A DNA stretch of 64,000 nt from a bacterium (GTDB taxonomy: Bacteria > UBA8248), in assembly GCA_965203325.1 (NCBI GenBank), contig OZ241875.1, positions 2,336,001 through 2,400,000 on the forward strand, written 5' to 3'. Positions 60,482-64,000 of this stretch are shown piece after piece. Position numbers and translations under genes: made by a program. Position 1 is the stretch's first letter. Every line of letters begins with the position of its first letter. The notes beneath the pieces are model-generated. The model did not search any database. It was not told where the DNA came from and saw nothing but the letters and a program-made list of their open reading frames with translations.

Positions 60482-61963
60482 ATGTTTTTCCTGGAACAAC
60501 TCATCCACGCCATGAACCCGTATCTGGTGTTCGTCTGCATCCTGGGCACCATCCTGGGACTCCTGTGGGGTTCGATGCCGGGCATCTCGACGACCATGTC
60601 CATGGTGCTGCTCATCGGACTCTCCACCCAGATGAGCCAGGACGTGGCCATCATGTTCCTGCTGGGCGTCTATACGGCGAGCGTGTTCGGCGGTTCGATT
60701 ACCGCGGTGCTCATCAACATCCCCGGTACGCCCGCCGCCGTTCCCACCATGATCGAGGGCTACCAACTCGCCCAGAGAGGAGAGGGAGGACAGGCGCTCG
60801 GCACCGCCCTGGTGGCGTCTTTTCTCGGAAACTGGGTGGGCATCCTGATCCTGGTGGCGTTCATACCCCTCATCCTGCTCATCGCCCTGCAGTTCCGCTC
60901 CTGGGAGATGTTCCTGCTGGCGCTTTGGGGGATAGCCATCTGCGGCACCCTCACCTCGGGCGAGGCGCCCATCAAGGGCTGGATATCCGGCTGGCTGGGG
61001 CTTCTCATCGCCTACGTGGGACTCGACAACATCTTCGGCGTTCCGCGCTTCACCTTCGGGAGTTTTCTCCTCGAAGACGGCATCAGCTATATTCCGGTCA
61101 TCATCGGCTTCTTCGGACTCACCGAGGTGCTCTGGGTGCTGCCCCAGAAAGAGCCGCCCGTGATCCCCGAAAAAGTGGACCGGGTGGTGCCCCCCTTCAG
61201 TATGTTGTGGCGCTATGCGCGCGCCTCGGTGCGCTCCGGCATCATCGGCACGGTGATAGGCGCCATCCCCGGGGCGGGAGGCAACATCGCCGCCTTCGTC
61301 GCCTACGACGTGGGAAAGCGCCGCGCCAAGCCCGAGGAGCGCGAGAAATTCGGCAAGGGGAGCTATGAGGGCATCGTGTGCGGCGAGGTGGCGAACAACG
61401 CGTGCATCGGCGGGACCATTCTCCCCACGCTCACGCTCGGGATACCGGGCAGTCCGCCCGCCGCCGCCTTCATGGCCGCGCTGGAACTCAAGCACGTGGT
61501 GATGGGGCCCACCATCGACGTCGAAAACCCGGGGCTTGTCTATTTCATCTACGGGGCGCTCATCGTGGCGAACTTCCTGATGTACGTTTTCGGCCTCCTG
61601 CTGGTGAAGCCCGCCGTCAAGCTCTACAGCCTGCCGCGCACCCTGCTGATGCCCATCATCATCCCGATCTGCATCCTGGGGGCGTACGCGGTGCGCCTGA
61701 GCATGTTCGACGTCTACGTCATGCTGGCCGCCGGCTTCGTCGGCTACGCGCTCAGGTGCCTCGGCCTCCCGCTGGCGCCCATGGTTCTGGCCGTCATCCT
61801 GGGGTCGCTGGCCGATGAGAACCTGCGCCGCGCGCTCATCACCTTCGAGAACAAGCCGTTCTGGTATTTCCTCACGAGCCCCGTCGGCACGATCCTGATG
61901 ATCGTTTCGGTGTTCACCTTCTACGACGGCATCTTCCGCAGAGGGCGCGGGAAGAAGACCTGA
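60482..61963 (+). CDS. TTT large membrane subunit (TctA-like)
   Basis: GSMPGI, LINIPGTP, EVANNA, TLGIPG. Confidence 0.92.
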   Translation: MFFLEQLIHAMNPYLVFVCILGTILGLLWGSMPGISTTMSMVLLIGLSTQMSQDVAIMFLLGVYTASVFGGSITAVLINIPGTPAAVPTMIEGYQLAQRGEGGQALGTALVASFLGNWVGILILVAFIPLILLIALQFRSWEMFLLALWGIAICGTLTSGEAPIKGWISGWLGLLIAYVGLDNIFGVPRFTFGSFLLEDGISYIPVIIGFFGLTEVLWVLPQKEPPVIPEKVDRVVPPFSMLWRYARASVRSGIIGTVIGAIPGAGGNIAAFVAYDVGKRRAKPEEREKFGKGSYEGIVCGEVANNACIGGTILPTLTLGIPGSPPAAAFMAALELKHVVMGPTIDVENPGLVYFIYGALIVANFLMYVFGLLLVKPAVKLYSLPRTLLMPIIIPICILGAYAVRLSMFDVYVMLAAGFVGYALRCLGLPLAPMVLAVILGSLADENLRRALITFENKPFWYFLTSPVGTILMIVSVFTFYDGIFRRGRGKKT

Positions 61964-62103
61964 GGAAGGAAACACCCTCCACGCCTCGGACATGCCCGCG
62001 CGATTGACATTAGCGGAACAAGCGCATAGCATCTCCTTATATCATTCAATTTCATACACGGCTTTTTCATCTCGTGCGGGACAAGTGTTCGGGGAGACGG
62101 GGA

Positions 62104-62451
62104 TTGGGCGACCGAGAAGCCTGTCTGATAAGGCCCGAAAACCAGAAGCACAAGGTGCTCGACGGCGGCGCGCAGGCCTGGCGGATGACTTCGCAGGAGG
62201 ACCACGGCTGGAACGTCGACGCCTGGCTCACGGTCTTCCGCCCCGGCGAGACGCACGAGTGGCACGATCACGAAGAGGATGAACTCATCTACATCATCGA
62301 GGGCGAAGGTCGATACGAACTTGAGGACAGGAGCATCGAGTTTCGAGGCGGAGACTGCATTTTCCTGCCCCGGAAGACGATGCACCGCAGCATGACGGGA
62401 GGAGAGAAAGACGTAAAGCTGCTGGCCATATTTCACCCGGCGAGAGAGTAA
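62104..62451 (+). CDS. Cupin domain protein (start uncertain)
   Basis: HEWHDHEEDELIY...GDCIFLP...H. Confidence 0.8.
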   Translation: MGDREACLIRPENQKHKVLDGGAQAWRMTSQEDHGWNVDAWLTVFRPGETHEWHDHEEDELIYIIEGEGRYELEDRSIEFRGGDCIFLPRKTMHRSMTGGEKDVKLLAIFHPARE

Positions 62452-62536
62452 TAGGCCCTCTTGCCGGTTCCGATCGTTTTATCTCTGTTTGACGTAGTAG
62501 AGGCAACGGGTTCTCTCAATCGTGGAGGAAGATAAG

Positions 62537-63532
62537 ATGAAAAGGTTCGGCCTGATTTTGATCGCAACGTTCGTCGTATTGGGTATGGCCTCGAACGCGC
62601 TGGCTGCGAAAGGCGTCGTCAAGTTAATTCACGACAACACCTCGCACGCCGCCATCCCCTACATCGCTGAAAAGAAAGGCTTCTACAAGGCCGAGGGCGT
62701 GGAAGTGCAACGGCGGGTCACGAGCCCCCGTGCGCTGATCGACGCGCTCATCGGCGGCACCGCCGACATCATCAGCACGCGCGGCTCCCGCGTGGGCCAG
62801 ATTGCGGCGCGCGGCCTGGACGTGGTGGGTATCGCGCTCAACCGCTACGGGAACCAGAACATGGTTCTCGTGCCCATGAAGGACACGACCACCAAGTCGG
62901 TCAAGGACTTGAAGGGCAAGACCGTCGGCGCGCAGATGGGCACCGGCACCTGGGCCACCTGGATGACGTATCTCTCGCGCATCGGCATGTCGGACAAGGA
63001 CTTCAAGATCCGCAATACCAAGACGGGTTCGCTTCCGGCCGCTTTCGAGCGCGGCGCTCTGGATGCGGGTCTGACCTGGGAGCCGTGGGGCTCGATTATC
63101 GTCGGCAAGGGCCTGGGCCGGATGGTCATGGGGCCGAAGGACTATGACGACCTGCTCGGCTACACCTCCCCGGTGTTCCTGACGACTTCGTGGTCCTACA
63201 TCAAGAAGAAAAACCCCGACGGCGCGCAGCGCTTCATCAACGCGCACGTTCGCGCGATGCGTTTCCTGAACCGCAACCGCGACGAGTCCGCGAAGCTGAT
63301 GCACGAGTTCTGGAAGAGCCAGGGCTTCAAGTTCAGCGTGGCGAAGGTGAAGACCGACCTGTACAAGTTCATGCGCTGGGACCGCGCGATGATCACGCAC
63401 AGGGACATCAAGGAAGTGCAGGACGGCGTGGACGTGAGCGTCAAGAAGGGCAAGCTGCCCAAGCGCATCGACGTCACCAAGCACATCGACATCACGTTGG
63501 TGGAAAACGCTTACTTCAATTTGATGAAGTAA
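62537..63532 (+). CDS. ABC transporter substrate-binding protein (SsuA/TauA/THI5-like)
   Basis: Signal peptide; YIAEKKGFY, DLKGKTVG, TWEP. Confidence 0.85.
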   Translation: MKRFGLILIATFVVLGMASNALAAKGVVKLIHDNTSHAAIPYIAEKKGFYKAEGVEVQRRVTSPRALIDALIGGTADIISTRGSRVGQIAARGLDVVGIALNRYGNQNMVLVPMKDTTTKSVKDLKGKTVGAQMGTGTWATWMTYLSRIGMSDKDFKIRNTKTGSLPAAFERGALDAGLTWEPWGSIIVGKGLGRMVMGPKDYDDLLGYTSPVFLTTSWSYIKKKNPDGAQRFINAHVRAMRFLNRNRDESAKLMHEFWKSQGFKFSVAKVKTDLYKFMRWDRAMITHRDIKEVQDGVDVSVKKGKLPKRIDVTKHIDITLVENAYFNLMK

Positions 63533-63562
63533 GACGGCAGATATAATTCCGAACCGTATTTT

Positions 63563-63599
63563 ACCCCTCCGGGGGGCGTATGCAGCCTTCCGGAGGGGT
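63563..63599. terminator. GC-rich intergenic hairpin
   Basis: ACCCCTCCGG...CCGGAGGGGT; no clear + strand U-tract. Confidence 0.4.
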
Positions 63600-63649
63600 G
63601 AGATTGTATTCGTATGCTTGTGAAGTGCGTTTGAGGAGAATCGCGAATC

Positions 63650-64000
63650 ATGGATGAGCTTCAAAAGAAAGTCGTCGACGCGGTGGATGAGGATTTCCTC
63701 GTAAAAACCACGATGGAACTCGTGGACATACCCAGCCCCACCGGCTACGAGGAGGAGGCGGCCCGCTACATGCACGCGAAGTACGAAGAGGCCGGTTTCG
63801 AATCGCATCTGCAAAAAGTGGCCGAGGGCCGCTACAACGCGGTCGGCATCTCACCGGGCACGGGCGGCGGCTATTCGGTGATGTTCAACGGCCACCTGGA
63901 CACCTCCTATTCCGGCGAAGAGCCCGAACTCACCCAGCCGGGCTACAAGAACAAGGCGATTCGCGAGGGGGACTGGATCATCGGAAACGGCGCGGCCAAC
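63650..64000 (+). CDS. M20-family metallopeptidase/deacylase (ArgE/DapE-like), 3' truncated by window; not in ORF track
   Basis: GAGGAG RBS; LVDIPSPTGYE, MFNGHLDT, GDWIIGNG. Confidence 0.85.
   Translation, partial: MDELQKKVVDAVDEDFLVKTTMELVDIPSPTGYEEEAARYMHAKYEEAGFESHLQKVAEGRYNAVGISPGTGGGYSVMFNGHLDTSYSGEEPELTQPGYKNKAIREGDWIIGNGAAN

Overview
GC-rich bacterial chromosome segment. The organism cannot be determined here; the gene content resembles Nitrospinota/UBA8248-like or sponge-symbiont genomes, which is only an impression. Most of the window is catabolic and transport operons: a split NAD synthetase, a BVMO, ThDP enzymes, three atypical acyl-CoA dehydrogenases, a LigAB-type dioxygenase, ABC and TTT transporters, and pfkA. 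The main finding is a selenoprotein hidden from the ORF track. ORFs 34436-34732 and 34799-36046 form one reading frame interrupted by a TGA in a U-G-G-C (GrdB/UGSC-like) motif, with a perfect SECIS-like hairpin 11 nt downstream. It heads a cluster with a paralogous partner, an FAD oxidoreductase and a sugar-type ABC importer. A second unusual feature, divergent from tRNA-Ser(GGA), is a small transcription unit carrying a 16-nt perfect complement of the 16S rRNA 3' tail, a 12-aa ORF, a long hairpin and a terminator. The window also holds a Panacea toxin-antitoxin pair, an intact IS1182-family element inserted into a ~150-bp palindromic repeat, several REP/MITE families, and a decaying ~13-kb integrase island (~44.2-57.1 kb) with surface-protein cargo and several in-frame deletion chimeras. 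No CRISPR array or rRNA gene was seen. All calls are by-eye motif recognition with no database searches.
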